Source of the DNA: Haliotis rufescens
Lineage: Eukaryota
Length of the DNA: 64,000 nucleotides
Reading direction: 5' to 3'
Assembly (NCBI RefSeq): GCF_023055435.1
Contig: NW_025963924.1
Location: 6,138,001-6,202,000 of the forward strand
The notes beneath the pieces are model-generated. The model saw only the letters and a list, made by a program, of their open reading frames with translations. It was not told where the DNA came from and ran no database searches. This document shows positions 24,712 through 38,558 of the stretch, piece by piece. Positions within the stretch are counted from its first letter, which is position 1. The number at the start of each line of letters is the position of its first letter. Made by a program: the position numbers and the translations under genes.

Positions 24712-24804
24712 GGTGAAATGGAACTGCAGCGACACAAATTCACCTAAAGTACAGTTATACGTGAACTCACTGGGCTTAAACAGTTTTCTCGTATATTCCT
24801 GTGA

Positions 24805-24975
24805 ATTCTGATCTGAGTGAGAGATAACGGCGTATTTATACCTATAACAGACATGGAACGCCCACAAGGTATATAGTTTCCTGGCTTGTTTTTGTAACGT
24901 CACCGCTGTAGAGGATTCTGTTTGTCAAATCTGACAGCCGATTGAACTCGCGTTCATGATGTGATGTCACGTGCG
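24805..24975 (-). promoter_or_regulatory. Gene C core promoter (TATA + Inr + CRE-like/E-box); also TATA at 31976, 41309, 49187
   Basis: TATAAAT at 24840-24834 with Inr-like TCAGAAT whose A lies 31 nt downstream (about 24809); TGATGTCACGTG at 24962-24973. Confidence 0.7.
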
Positions 24976-25734
24976 CCACCTGGTGACAAATCAGCGATCC
25001 AACTGACTGACGGCCTGTACATCACCGCGGCGATAGGCTAGTGAGATGGGGGGGGGGGGGGGGGGGGGGGGGGGTGTTAGTAGGAGGAGACATGTCGTGA
25101 CGTGCCTGGTGATATCATTTTAATAATAGATCATATCCCTGAAATGGCATTTATAATATTAAAAAATAAAATACCCACCAGTACCATACTCACTCACTCA
25201 CTCACTCACTCATATACCCCGACACAGACAAGTGTCAGCCATATACAGTGTGCATGCCTTGGAGAACTGAAGTTGAAACGGCGAATACAAAAGTATGTAT
25301 TAAATATAATTCTTCTGATATGTTTTATATAAGTTAAATAATATACCACTACCATATTGGCGAATTTTGATGTATCATACGATGACTCCGCACAACAAAA
25401 CTACACCCATAATATGGCTAAATATAAAATGACATCTGAGCGTCACTTTAAGTCAAATAAAAACAAAAAATAATCTTTTTTTTTCAACGCTTTATGATTT
25501 CGTTATCCATAAAATACACATTATGTATAGAGCAGAGTGCAAAGTGTGCACAATTGTTTGTGTTGGTATTTTTGGCAAAGTCAAGAAAATAATAGATAGT
25601 GTTCCCACTTTTGGTTTTTAATAAAATAATTTTAAAATTCTAACTCTTTCCTTATTTTTATTTTAAAAAAAACATTTATTTTTTTATACAGCCAGACATG
25701 TACCGTCTGGTACATAAAATGGATATTACCTTAC

Positions 25735-25856
25735 CTTCACAGCGCTATAACGGCTACAGGGCAGCGGCTTGTGGTAGATATGTTATACATCTCCCTCTTT
25801 AAAATGTAGGGTTTAAATACCAGGGTATATTTAGATATGGGAAATGCGCATGTGGT
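25735..25856 (-). promoter_or_regulatory. Orphan duplicate of gene B promoter/first exon upstream of C1 (also 32898-33018 and 42211-42331)
   Basis: Near-identical to 16932-17052, with GAAG|GTAAGG donor intact. Confidence 0.65.
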
Positions 25857-28140
25857 TATCTGTAATTTCTGGTATGTATTAAAACTTGGTATGAAAAAGG
25901 ATAGCACGAGTTGCTTGGAATAATTTGTCATATAATATATATAACATTTGTATTAAGGTGAGTGAGTATGGTTTTACGCCGCTTTTAGCAATATTCCAGC
26001 AATATCACGGCGGGGGACACCAGAAATGGGCTTCACACATTGTACCCATGTCGAGAATTGAACCCAGGTCTTCGGCGTGACGAGGGAACGCTTTAACCAC
26101 TAGGCTACCCGACCGCCCCTATGTATTAAGGAGTATAAAGGATGAATATGAGGATAAGAACAAGGGTTGATACTTCTTTCAAGTAAAAATATTTAGGTAA
26201 TACATAAATTCTGTTCAACGCCAATATCTAAACATTATTATAAATTGGTAGTATGGTTGAGTGGTTGGTTGAGTGAGTGAGTAGGTGGGTGGGTGGTATG
26301 GTTGAGTGGGTGGTATGGTTGAGGTTGGATGTTATGGTTGAGTGGGTGGGTGGTTGAATGTTATGGCTGAGTGGTTGGTTGAGTGAGTGAGTAGGTGGGT
26401 GGGTGGTATGGTTGAGTGAGTGAGTGGGTGGTATGGTTGAGCGATTGGTTGGTTAAGTGAGTGAGTGGGTTGGTGGGTAGGTTTTATGGTTGAGTGGTTG
26501 TTGAGTGAGTGAGTAGGTGGGTGGATGGGTGGTATGGTTGAGTTGTTGGTTGAGTTAGTGAGTGGTTGGGTGGGTGGGTGTTATGGTTGAGGGGTTGGTT
26601 GAGTTAGTGAGTGGGTTGGTGGATGGGTGTTATGGTTGAGTGGTTGGTTGAGTTAGTGAGTAGGTAGGTGGGTGGTATGGTTGAGTGAGTGAGTGGGTGG
26701 TATGTTTGAGCGGTTGGTTGGTTAAGTGAGTGAGTGGGTGGGTTGGTGCGTTTACTGGTTGAGTGGTTGGTTGAGTGAATGAGTAGGTGGGTGGGTGGTA
26801 TGGTTGAGTGGTTGGTTGGTTAAGTGAGTGAGTGGGTGGGTGGGTGGGTTTTATGGTTGAGTGGTTTGTTGAGTGAGTGAGTAGGTGGGTGGGTGGATGG
26901 GTGAGTGAGTGGGTGGTTGGGTGTTATTGTTGAGTGGTTTGTTGGTTGAATGAGTGGGAGGGTGGATAGGGGGGTGGGTGGTATGGTTGAGTGGTTGGTT
27001 GGTTAAGTGAGTGATTGAGTGATTGGGTGGGTGGGTGGGTGGTATGGTTGAGTTAGTGAGTAGGTGGGTGGATGGGTGGTATGGTTGAGTGGTTGGTTGA
27101 GTGAGTGAGTAGGTGGGTGGATGGGTGAGTGAGTGGGTGGTTGGGTATTATTGTTGAGTGGTTGGTTGGTTGAATGAGTGGGTAGGTGGTATGGTTTAGT
27201 GGTTGGTTGGTTAAGTGAGTGAGTGAGTGATTGGGTGGGTGGGTGGCATTTGGTATGATTGAGTCCGACTGTGGTTGAATAAGTGAGTGGGTGGATTGGT
27301 GAATGAATGGGTGGGTTGGTAACTCGATTTGAGTAGGAATAAGAAGATATTTTGCACAGTGTACCCGAGACTCTACCCCCTTGCTGACACTACAAGATAG
27401 AATGTGATTGGTTAATAGACACCGAGAAAAGAAATAATTGGTAGAAATATTTATTCAATCAAGCATATTTACAACATACAATGTTCAATTTACACTGAAC
27501 TCATATTAACGGATATTCTAAGCGAGAATAAAACCCGAATCCGCTGGGGAATTGAGTTTAGATTTACAATCAAATTACACAACACTGTTAACACAACACA
27601 CAAACACAACACATTGATCATAATTACAAAGATTCAGAAATAAATAAACCGGGTGTTTATACCGGCTGCAATGGGACTTACAGAGTTAGTGTGTACACAT
27701 TCAATGACGGGCAGGTCAATACTTCAAGTGTTTAATACAAGCTTGGTACCATACAGAACACAATATTGTTCACAAACTCCAATATAATTTAGGCAACAGA
27801 CGGTTTTCATGGTAATGACTTAAATTTTTATTCACGTAAAATCACAAAGACTCTAGAAATCCTATTTAGGACGCGCATTTGTTAAATTTGATTCCTTGAA
27901 CACATGAAAGAAACTTGAATGTCTAAATTTGGATTTCTAAATGGCCACAACCAGTTATAGAATACGCTGAAGAAGTCCGGGAATGTGTAAAGGAAATTCC
28001 GGACTGCGGCACAAAAGTCCATCATCACGTGACCCCGAGGTGAATATGACTGCCAAATAAGGAATGACCAATCATGAAACAGGAAGTTCAGAAACAGTAC
28101 CAAGTGCAAGAAATTGAGAAAGTTTTTCATCTTCATTACT

Positions 28141-28373
28141 TCAAGCAGTCCGCTCAACGCACATCCTCTTGGCTTGATCGAAGAACTGTGGTCCGTTCTC
28201 CTGGTTGCACAAACCCGAATACACCATCCGTCCACCCTCACACACGACGAAGTAGGGTGAGTCTTCCCTGCCCACCCAGTGGTTCAAGCCGTCGGGAAGA
28301 CCCTTGCAACTTGGGAAGCGCACCATGCAGGGGATACAGTGAGCAGCCAGGCACTGGTTCGCACGGTAGTCGC
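28141..28373 (-). CDS. Gene C2 exon 3
   Basis: Paralog of 21252-21484 with intact acceptor and stop; CDYRANQCLAAHCIPCMVRFPSC...CVERTA*. Confidence 0.92.
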
Positions 28374-29699
28374 CTGTAAGAAAGAGAGAGTGAATGAGTG
28401 AGTGAGTGTTCTGACTGCTTTGAACAGTTTTTTAGTTATATCACGTCGTGGCAGCTTGACATGAGAGTGAGTGAGTATGGTTTAACGCCGCTTTTAGCAC
28501 TATTCCAGCAATATCACGGCGGGGGACACCAGAAATGGGCTTCAAACATTGTACCCATGTCGAGAATCGAACCCAGGTCTTCGGCGTGACGAACGAATGC
28601 TTTAACCACTAGGCTACCCGACCGCCCCTGCTTGACATGAGAGGAAATCCCCTTAGGTCTTACTCGTTTACCACTTTGGTAAAACCCACGAGCACGGGTA
28701 TGGTGCTGACAAACTTAGAAACATTATCAGGGCGAAACTGGATTCGATCATAGGTTTCTGGCACGCCTAAGCGACGCAACCCTGCAAAATGCGGCGCATT
28801 TGGCGTCTAACCACCCGTCCCCACTACCAGTTTACAGCTACAGGTGTCTCCTGTCGAAGACACGCTCGGGCAAGGCAGATCAGAAATATATACAGCTTAG
28901 TCCTTATTCCGCACATTGTACCCATGTGGGAATCGAAGCCGGCCTTTGGCTTGACGAGTGATCGCTTTTACCACTAGACTACCCGCCGCCCCGGAACCAT
29001 ATACAGTAAAATACGGTTATAACGAACTCAAAGGGACCATTAATTTTAGTTCGTAACAACCGTAGTTCGTTATAAGCATATATACAGCATATATGCAACA
29101 AATGGCCGGGACTAAAACATATGTTCGTTATATCGGTCAGTTCGTTATAAGCGTGTTCGTTATAAACGTAGTTTACTGTAATGTGAGTAAGAAAGTGAAT
29201 AAGTGAGATGCCGTTTTAAGCAATTCCAGCCAGGGCAGAGAAACTGAGGTGAAGTTAGTGGAACCTTAATCAATGGTCGTGGATTGCAAAGCAGAATAGA
29301 ACCAAGCACTTTATAACAGCCGAGTGTCGACCAATCTGGTTGTTTCAATGCCTCCCCGAGTATGAGTACTGGAGTGAGTGAGTGAGTTGGGTTTAACGCC
29401 GCTTTTAACAGTATTCCAGTAATCCAGTTATATCGCGGCGTGTAAGCTTAATGTGGGAGGAAAGCCCGAAGTGATGCAGGTCTCAGACGTTTATCACTTC
29501 GGTGAAACCCACGAGCACGGGTATGGTGCTGACAAACCTAGAAACATAATCGGGGCGAACCGGGATTCGAACCCACAATCATAGGTTTCTGGCGTGTTCA
29601 AGGGACGCAACTCTGAACAGCGAATCGCGGCGCCTTAGACGACTGGGCCACCCGTGCCCCCCTTTCCGGTATGAATGGCATGGTTAATGGTATACTCAC

Positions 29700-29933
29700 A
29701 GTGACTGATGGCTTCGACTCTCTCACCACACTTCACCATGGTGTAGTGCTCGCACCGCTTAGTGATGACGTTGTAAAACTGGGGGTAGGGGCACTCGCTC
29801 AGATGTTCTGGCCACCTGAACCTTGTCGGAGCAGAGCAGTTGTAGTACTGGGCACAGTTGGTGGGGTGGGGGATCAAGGCACGGGACTCTGGAAGACAGA
29901 TGACCGTCTCCGCTCGGGTGTCCTTCTTGGTAC
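29700..29933 (-). CDS. Gene C2 exon 2 (CBM14)
   Basis: Paralog of 22517-22750, splice sites intact. Confidence 0.93.
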
Positions 29934-31624
29934 CTGGCGAACAATATTCATAATTTGTAATCAAATATATCTTCTTTTTTTAATTACCCGATGGGGTGAG
30001 TGTTTATCTCACAGGCACATGTGCCTCCATATATGAAGCAATCGCCAAACGGGTTTTCCTGTTAAGTGATGTTTCCGTTCTAATTTGGATTCATAAAAAG
30101 GGTATTCCGGATTACATGATTTCCGGATTATCAAGGTTTATGGACTGACATGTAATTCGGACTAACGGGGGTCCGTACTATCAAGGCTTCCGGAATGACC
30201 TGGAATCCGGATTGACGGGAGTCCGGACTTTCAAGGTTTCTGGAAGGACATGGAATCCGGATTGCCGGGTTCCCGGATTAACAAGGTGTCCGGAATGTCG
30301 GGGGTTCCAGATAAACAAGGTTACGGACTAGTTAGGTTTCTTATTAGTCCCGGGGCAAGTCCTGCATAACTGCTGTAACCTGAAATATATCACTGTCATG
30401 TACAACGACTCTCGTCGGTGTCGCACCTCGGCGACAGGGACGACTGACAGTGTACACAACTACGCCGCCTCGACTTTATTCTCAGCTAAGACGTTGTCGA
30501 AATAACGCTGACATGCAGCAGCGACGACGACGAGGATTGACGTTGCATCACACAAGTCTTACACTTTTAAAGCATTTCGCGGTTTGCTGACAAGAACATT
30601 TAAACAAATTATTGCCGTGCAGCGTCAGCTGTGCGTTGTAGCACATTTGTTTTTGGCCGGCTGTCATATTTCGTATTAAGTATAAAGTACTTGCAATATA
30701 CTGCCCGCTTGAGCGAAGATGTTTTGTGTCAGTTTTGTTCTGATTTTTATATCACCTTGGCTGAGCTTTAGATAACAAAGAGCATTAGTATCTTGGCTTT
30801 GAGAAGAAGTTGTCGGTCGCTCGGTTTCTGTACATGATTATTGGTAGATTTCCTAAAGTAACCTTTATTTACATTCAAGATACAAATTGTATTTTAAAGA
30901 AGTAGATTACACTCTCGTCTTTTCACTAACTGCATCGGAAAAATCTATTATATTTCAAGAAGGCCAGTAAGTGAAATCAAATTTAACTTTGAACTTGATG
31001 TTTCAGCCAATTCCTGTAAATAAGCAAGTTTTAACATCACTTTTAGCAATATTTCAGTGAGATCGCGGATGGTATAACATCGCTTTTAGCAATATTTCAG
31101 TGAGATCGTGGATGATTTAACATCGCTTTTTTCGCAATATTTCAGTGAGATCGTGGATGGTTTAACATCGCTTTTAGCAATATTTCAGTGAGATTGCAGA
31201 TGGTTTAACATCGCTTTCAGCAATATTTCAGTGAGATCGCGGATGGTTTAACATCGCTTTTAGCAATATTTCAGTAAGATCGTGGATGGTACCAGGAGCG
31301 AACTTTAACCTGGGTACCCACATCATGACTAGAACCCTTCGACGTGACGAGTGAACGCTTCAACCACAGGCCTACCCAACTGCCCATATATCTCGGTACA
31401 CGAAGATGGAATCGATGCTTTGTAAATTTATCAAATCTTCTGATTATAGTGAGTGAGTGTGGTTTTACGCCGCTTTTAATAATATCCCACAAATATCACA
31501 CGGGGGACACCAGCTTAACACCATTTAGGGCATCGAACCCGGGCATTCGGCTTGATAGAGAACTACTTAACCACTTGGCTACCCCGCCACCCTCTGAATA
31601 TCGAGTTTAATACACAGTACTTAC

Positions 31625-31853
31625 AATTGTCGTAGATGGATCCCTGGCCGACGCATGTTTTGGTCTCGGGGTCGAACACGCTGTTTGAACAGTTGAACTT
31701 GTACAGGATCTCATTGGTGCACACATAGAAGACCGAACAGTCATCGGGATCTGGTCTGAAGTCGGGGTTGCCTTTAACCACACAACTACCCACTGATGTT
31801 GAAGCGGTTGCCATGGCCACGATTAAGCAAGTGAGTACAATTCGAAATGCCAT
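31625..31853 (-). CDS. Gene C2 exon 1 (signal peptide + CBM14)
   Basis: Paralog of 24483-24711 (A8T in signal peptide). Confidence 0.93.
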
Positions 31854-34800
31854 GGTGAAATGGAACTGCAGCGACACAAATTCACCTAAAGTACAGTTAT
31901 ACGTGAACTCACTGGGCTTAAACAGTTTTCTCGTATATTCCTGTGAATTCTGATCTGAGTGAGAGATAACGGCGTATTTATACCTATAACAGACATGGAA
32001 CGCCCACAAGGTATATAGTTTCCTGGCTTGTTTTTTGTAACGTCACCGCTGTAGAGGATTCTGTTTGTCAAATCTGACAGCTGATTGAACTCGCGTTCAT
32101 GATGTGATGTCACGTGCGCCACCTGGTGACAAATCAGCGATCCAACTGACTGACGGCTTGTACATCACCGCGGCGATAGGCTAGTGAGATGGGGGTGGGG
32201 GGTGGGTGGGTGGGGGGGGGGGGGGGGGGGGTGGGTGGTGTTAGTAGGAGGAGACATGTCGTGACGTGCCTGGTGATATCATTTTAATAATAGATCATAT
32301 CCCTGAAATGGCATTTATAATATGAAAAAATAAAATACCCACCTGTACCATACTCACTCACTCACTCACTCACTCATATACCCCGACACAGACAAGTGTC
32401 AGCCATATACAGTGTGCATGCCTTGGAGAACTGAAGTTGAAACGGCGAATACAAAAGTATGTATTAAATATAATTGTTCTGATATGTTTTATATAAGTTA
32501 AATAATATACCACTACCATATTGGCGAATTTTGATGTATCATACGATGACTCCGCACAACAAAACTACACCCATAATATGGCTAAATATAAAATGACATC
32601 TGAGCGTCACTTTAAGTCAAATAAAAACAAAAAATAATCATTTTTTTTCAACGCTTTATGATTTCGTTATCCATAAAATACACATTATATATAGAGCAGA
32701 GTGCAAAGTGTGCACAATTGTTTGTGTTGGTATTTTTGGCAAAGTCAAGAAAATAATAGATAGTGTTCCCACTTTTGGTTTTTAATTAAATAATTTTAAA
32801 ATTCTAACTCTTTCCTCATTTTTATTTAAAAAAAACATTTATTTTTTTATACAGCCTGACATGTACCGTCTGGTACATAAAATGGATATTACCTTACCTT
32901 CACAGCGCTATAACGGCTACAGGGCAGCGGCTTGTGGTAGATATGTTATACATCTCCCTCTTTAAATGTAGGGTTTAAATACCAGGGTATATTTAGATAT
33001 GGGAAATGCGCATGTGGTTATCTGTAATTTCTGGTATGTATTAAAACTTGGTATGAAAAAGGATAGCACGAGTTGCTTGGAATAATTTGTCATATAATAT
33101 ATATAACATTTGTATTAAGGTGAGTGAGTATGGTTTTACGCCGCTTTTAGCAATATTCCAGCAATATCACGGCGGGGGACACACATTGTACCCATGTCGG
33201 GAATTGAACCCAGGTCTTCGGCGTGACGAGGGAACGCTTTAACCACTAGGCTACCCGACCGCCCCTATGTATTAAGGAGTATAAAGGATGAATATGAGGA
33301 TAAGAACAAGGGTTGATACTTCTTTCAAGTAAAAATATTTAGGTAATACATAAATTCTGTTCAACCCCAATATCTAAACATTATTATAAACATCTTTGTA
33401 AAAAAGCGAAGTATTTGGATCCTAAGGTTTCAGGAGCTGCACACACAAAAAACTCATAAATGTGTTTTGTTCTCGCATTTCAAACTATCACCTTGATGTT
33501 GAATGCCAGGCTGAGAAACAACAAGTAGTATCTTTAAAGGTCTTTGATGTGACGCGGCCATGAATCCAACCACCATCATTTCGCTCCCTGGCAGACAATC
33601 TATCCGTTAGACCACGGAGGCGGTCCGCTCTTAACTGGAATGTCCCATATGTATTAGGATTGGGTGTCATCGTGTTCCACCTCAAAGGACATACACATAT
33701 TGTTATCTGAACAACAGATACATTTGTTGATGTGCAGGGTTGGTTTGTTGTTTTACGCCGCACTCAGCGATAGTTGATGCGCAGGGATAGCTAGTCTGTG
33801 GTGTAGAGAGCTCAATCTACATACACGCAGGGACACATGCACTACCAACCGCACGCACACGCACACACAAGTATACACGCACGGACGCACACATGCATGC
33901 GCGCACAGACACACAATCACGCGCGCGCACGCACACAGACACGCGTGCGCACGGACACATACTAGCACACAGTCATAACTTTCTGAGCTTCATTTGTTCT
34001 GAGCAATGAAAGATGGAGTGTTTGTGTGTGGTTGACTCTGACCCGACCAGTCCTTGTTTTAGCCGCTTAATGTCGAGCGACAGGCAGAGAAACAAGTACC
34101 ATCCTTTAACGTCTTTTGTTATGACGCGACCAAGAGCCGAAGCATCGACCTTCCACTCTCGAGGCAGACGCGTTATCCACTACATCATGAAGGCGGTCTC
34201 AGGCAGACAATCTATCCACTACACCACGAAAGCTGTCTCAGGCAGACGTGCTATCCACTACACCACGAAGGCGGTCTCAGGCAGACGCGCTATCCACTAC
34301 CCCACGAAGGCGGTCTCTAATCAGACGCGCTATCCACTACCCCACGAAGGCAGTCTCAGGCAGACGCGCTATCCACTACCCCACGAAGGCGGTCTCAGGC
34401 AGACGTGCTATCAAAGCAATAAAACAGAGGCTGATGACTTCAGTCTGGTGCGTGCATTAAATTCAGCACAATATGGTCTCGACAACTATCGTGTATGTTG
34501 AACATCTGTCACTGGCTACTTTATAACTTACCACTGACAGGACATGGCCTCACAAAAATCAAGTATGAAAGTTTGCATTAGTGTTGTTCCCACTAAATAG
34601 GACGTCACTGACAGCTGCCTACTTTGTGCTGAGTCGTGATGCGTGTAGGTTTACCATTCAAACAAAGAGAGGGTGTTGGTGCATCAATAGCAGTCCTCCA
34701 ATATGCGCACAGATGAACAGATTGTTGTTAAGTGACAGAGGTGAGTAAGTCGGTAGGTGAGGAAGTTTGGGTGGTATGAGTGAGGGAGTAGGTTTATGGT

Positions 34801-36889
34801 TGAGTGAGTGAGTGGCTGGGTGGGGTGGTTGGTTGGTTGAGTGGATGGTTGAGTGAGTGAGTGAGTGAGTCTGGGCGTTATGGTTGAGTGGGTGGGTGGG
34901 TGTTACGGTTGAGTGAGTGGGTGGGTGGGTGTTATGGTTGAGTGGTTGGTTGAGTGAGTGAGTATGTTGGTGGATGGTATGGTTGAGTGAGTGGTTGGTA
35001 TGGTTGAGTGGGTGGGTGGGTGGGTGTGATGGTTGGGTGGTTGGTTGAGTGAGTGAGTAGGTGGGTGGGTGGTATGGTTGAGTAAGTGAGTGGGTGGTAT
35101 GGTTGAGCGATTGGTTGGTTAAGTGAGTGAGTGGGTTGGTGGGTGGGTTTTATGGTTGAGTGGTTGGTTGAGTGAGTGAGTAGGTGAGTGGATGGGTGGT
35201 ATGGTTGAGTGGTTGGTTGAGTATGTGAGTGGTTGGGTGGGTGGGTGTTATGGTTGAGGGGTTGGTTGAGTGAGTGAGTAGGTGGGTGGGTGGTATGGGT
35301 GAGTGAGTGAGTGGGTGGTATGGATGAGCGATTGGTTGGTTAAGTGAGTGAGTGGGTTGGTGGGTGGGTTTTATGGTTGAGTGGTTGGTTGAGTGAGTGA
35401 GTAGGTGGGTGGGTGGGTGTTATGGTTGAGGGGTTGGTTGAGTTAGTGAGTAGGTAGGTGGATGGTATGGTTGAGTGAGTGAGTGGGTGGTATGTTTGAG
35501 CGGTTGGTTGGTTAAGTGAGTGAGTGGGTGGGTTGGTGCGTTTACTGGTTGAGTGGTTGGTTGAGTGAATGAGTAGGTGGGTGGGTGGTATGGTTGAGTG
35601 GTTGGTTGGTTAAGTGAGTGAGTGGTTGGGTGGGTGGGTTTTATGGTTGAGTGGTTTGTTGAGTGAGTGAGTAGGTGGGTGGATGTGTGAGCGAGTGGGT
35701 GGATAGGGGGTGGGTGGTATGGTTGAGTGGTTGGTTGGTTAAGTGAGTGAGTGAGTGATTGGGTGGGTGGGTGGTATGGTTGAGTGGTTGGTTGAGTTAG
35801 TGAGTAGGTGGGTGGGTGGGTGGGTTGTCATGGTTGAGTGGTTGGTTGAGTGAGTGAGTAGGTGGATGGATGGGTGAGTGAGTGGGTGGTTGGGTATTAT
35901 TGTTGACTGGTTGGTTGGTTGAATGAGTGGGTAGGTGGTATGGTTTAGTGGTTGGTTGGTTAAGTGAGTGAGTGAGTGATTGGGTGGGTGGGTGGCATTT
36001 GGTATGATTGAGTCCGACTGTGGTTGAATAAGTGATTGGGTGGATTGGTGAATGAATGGGTGGGTTGGTAACTCGATTTGAGTAGGAATAAGAAGATATT
36101 TGGCACAGTGTACCCGAGACTCTACCCCCTTGCTGACACTACAAGATAGAATGTGATTGGTTAATAGACACCGAGAAAAGAAATAATTGGTAGAAATATT
36201 TATTCAATCAAGCATATTTACAACATACAATGTTCAATTTACACTGAACTCATATTAACGGATATTCTAAGCGAGAATAAAACCCGAATCCGCTGGGGAA
36301 TTGAGTTTAGATTTACAATCAAATTACACAACACGGTTTACACAACACACAAACACAACACATTGATCATAATTACAAGGATTCAGAAATAAATAAACCG
36401 GGTGTTTATACCGGCTGCAATGGGACTTACAGAGTTAGTGTGTACACATTCAATGACGGGCAGGTCAATACTTCAAGTGTTTAATACAAGCTTGGTACCA
36501 TACAGAACACAATATTGTTCACAAACTCCAATATAATTTAGGCAACAGACGGTTTTCATGGTAATGACTTAAATTTTTATTCACGTAAAATCACAAAGAC
36601 TCTAGAAATCCTATTTAGGACGCGCATTTGTTAAATTTGATTCCTTGAACACATGAAAGAAACTTGAATGTCTAAATTTGGATTTCTAGATGGCCACAAC
36701 CAGTTATAGAATACGCTGAAGAAGTCCGGGAATGTGTAAAGGAAATTCCGGACTGCGGCACAAAAGTCCATCATCACGTGACCCCGAGGTGAATATGACT
36801 GCCAAATAAGGAATGACCAATCATGAAACAGGAAGTTCAGAAACAGTACCAAGTGCAAGAAATTGAGAAGGTTTTTCATCTTCATTACT

Positions 36890-37122
36890 TCAAGCAGTCC
36901 GCTCAACGCACATCCTCTTGGCTTGATCGAAGAACTGTGGTCCGTTCTCCTGGTTGCACAAACCCGAATACACCATCCGTCCACCCTCACACACGACGAA
37001 GTAGGGTGAGTCTTCCCTACCCACCCAGTGGTTCAAGCCGTCGGGAAGACCCTTGCAACTTGGGAAGCGCACCATGCAGGGGATACAGTGAGCAGCCTGG
37101 CACTGGTTCGCACGGTAGTCGC
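36890..37122 (-). CDS. Gene C3 exon 3
   Basis: As C2 exon 3 but CQAAH in linker; intact. Confidence 0.92.
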
Positions 37123-38324
37123 CTGTAAGAAAGAGAGAGTGAATGAGTGAGTGAGTGTTCTGACTGCTTTGAACAGTTTTTTAGTTATATCACGTCGTGT
37201 CAGCTTGACATGAGAGTGAGTGAGTATGGTTTAACGCCGCTTTTAGCACTTTTCCAGCAATATCACGGCGGGGGACACCAGAAATGGGCTTCAAACATTG
37301 TACCCATGTCGAGAATCGAACCCAGGTCTTCGGCGTGACGAACGAATGCTTTAACCACTAGGCTACCCGACCGCCCCTGCTTGACATGAGAGGAAACCCC
37401 CTTAGGTCTTACACGTTTACCACTTTGGTAAAACCCACGAGCACGTGTATGGTGCTGACAAACTTAGAAACATTATCAGGGCGAAACTGGATTCGATCAT
37501 AGGTTTCTGGCACGCCTAAGCGACGCAACCCTGCAAAATGCGGCGCATTTGGCGTCTAACCACCCGTCCCCACTACCAGTTTACAGCTACAGGTGTCTCC
37601 TGTCGAAGACACGCTCGGGCAAGGCAGATCAGAAATATATACAGCTTAGGCATTATTCCGCACATTGTACCCATGTGGGAATCGAAGCCGGCCTTTGGCT
37701 TGATGAGTGATCGCTTTTACCACTAGACTACCCGCCGCCCCGGAACCATATACAGTAAAATACGGTTATAACGAACTCAAAGGGACCATTAATTTTAGTT
37801 CGTAACAACCGTAGTTCGTTATAAGCATATATACAGCAAATATGCAACAAATGGCCGGGACTAAAACATATGTTCGTTATATCGGTCAGTTCGTTATAAG
37901 CGTGTTCGTTATAAACGTAGTTTACTGTAATGTGAGTAAGAAAGTGAATAAGTGAGATGCCGTTTTAAGCAATTCCAGCCAGGGCAGAGAAACTGAGGTG
38001 AAGTTAGTGGAACCTTAATCAATGGTCGTGGATTGCAAAGCAGAATAGAACCAAGCACTTTATAACAGCCGAGTGTCGACCAATCTGGTTGTTTCAATGC
38101 CTCCCCGAGTATGAGTACTGGAGTGAGTGAGTGAGTGAGCTGGGTTTAACGCCGCTTTTAACAGTATTCCAGTAATCCAGTTATGTCGCGGCGTGTAAGC
38201 TTAATGTGGGAGGAAAGCCCGAAGTGATGCAGGTCTCAGACGTTTATCACTTTGGTGAAACCCACGAGCACGGGTATGGTGCTGACAAACCTAGTATGAA
38301 TGGCATGGTTAATGGTATACTCAC

Positions 38325-38558
38325 AGTGACTGATGGCTTCGACTCTCTCACCACACTTCACCATGGTGTAGTGCTCGCACCGCTTAGTGATGACGTTGTA
38401 AAACTGGGGGTAGGGGCACTCGCTCAGATGTTCTGGCCACCTGAACCTTGTCGGAGCAGAGCAGTTGTAGTACTGGGCACAGTTGGTGGGGTGGGGGATC
38501 AAGGCACGGGAATCTGGAAGACAGATGACCGTCTCCGCTTGGGTGTCCTTCTTGGTAC
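38325..38558 (-). CDS. Gene C3 exon 2 (CBM14)
   Basis: TKKDTQAETVICLPDSRALIPHPTNCAQYYNC...; splice sites intact. Confidence 0.93.

Noticed and set aside
24712-24903. N-terminal extensions of C exon-1 ORFs in the track (148-164 aa)
   Set aside because: Non-ATG starts in most copies, run through the TATA box, differ between copies; the signal peptide starts at MAFRIV.
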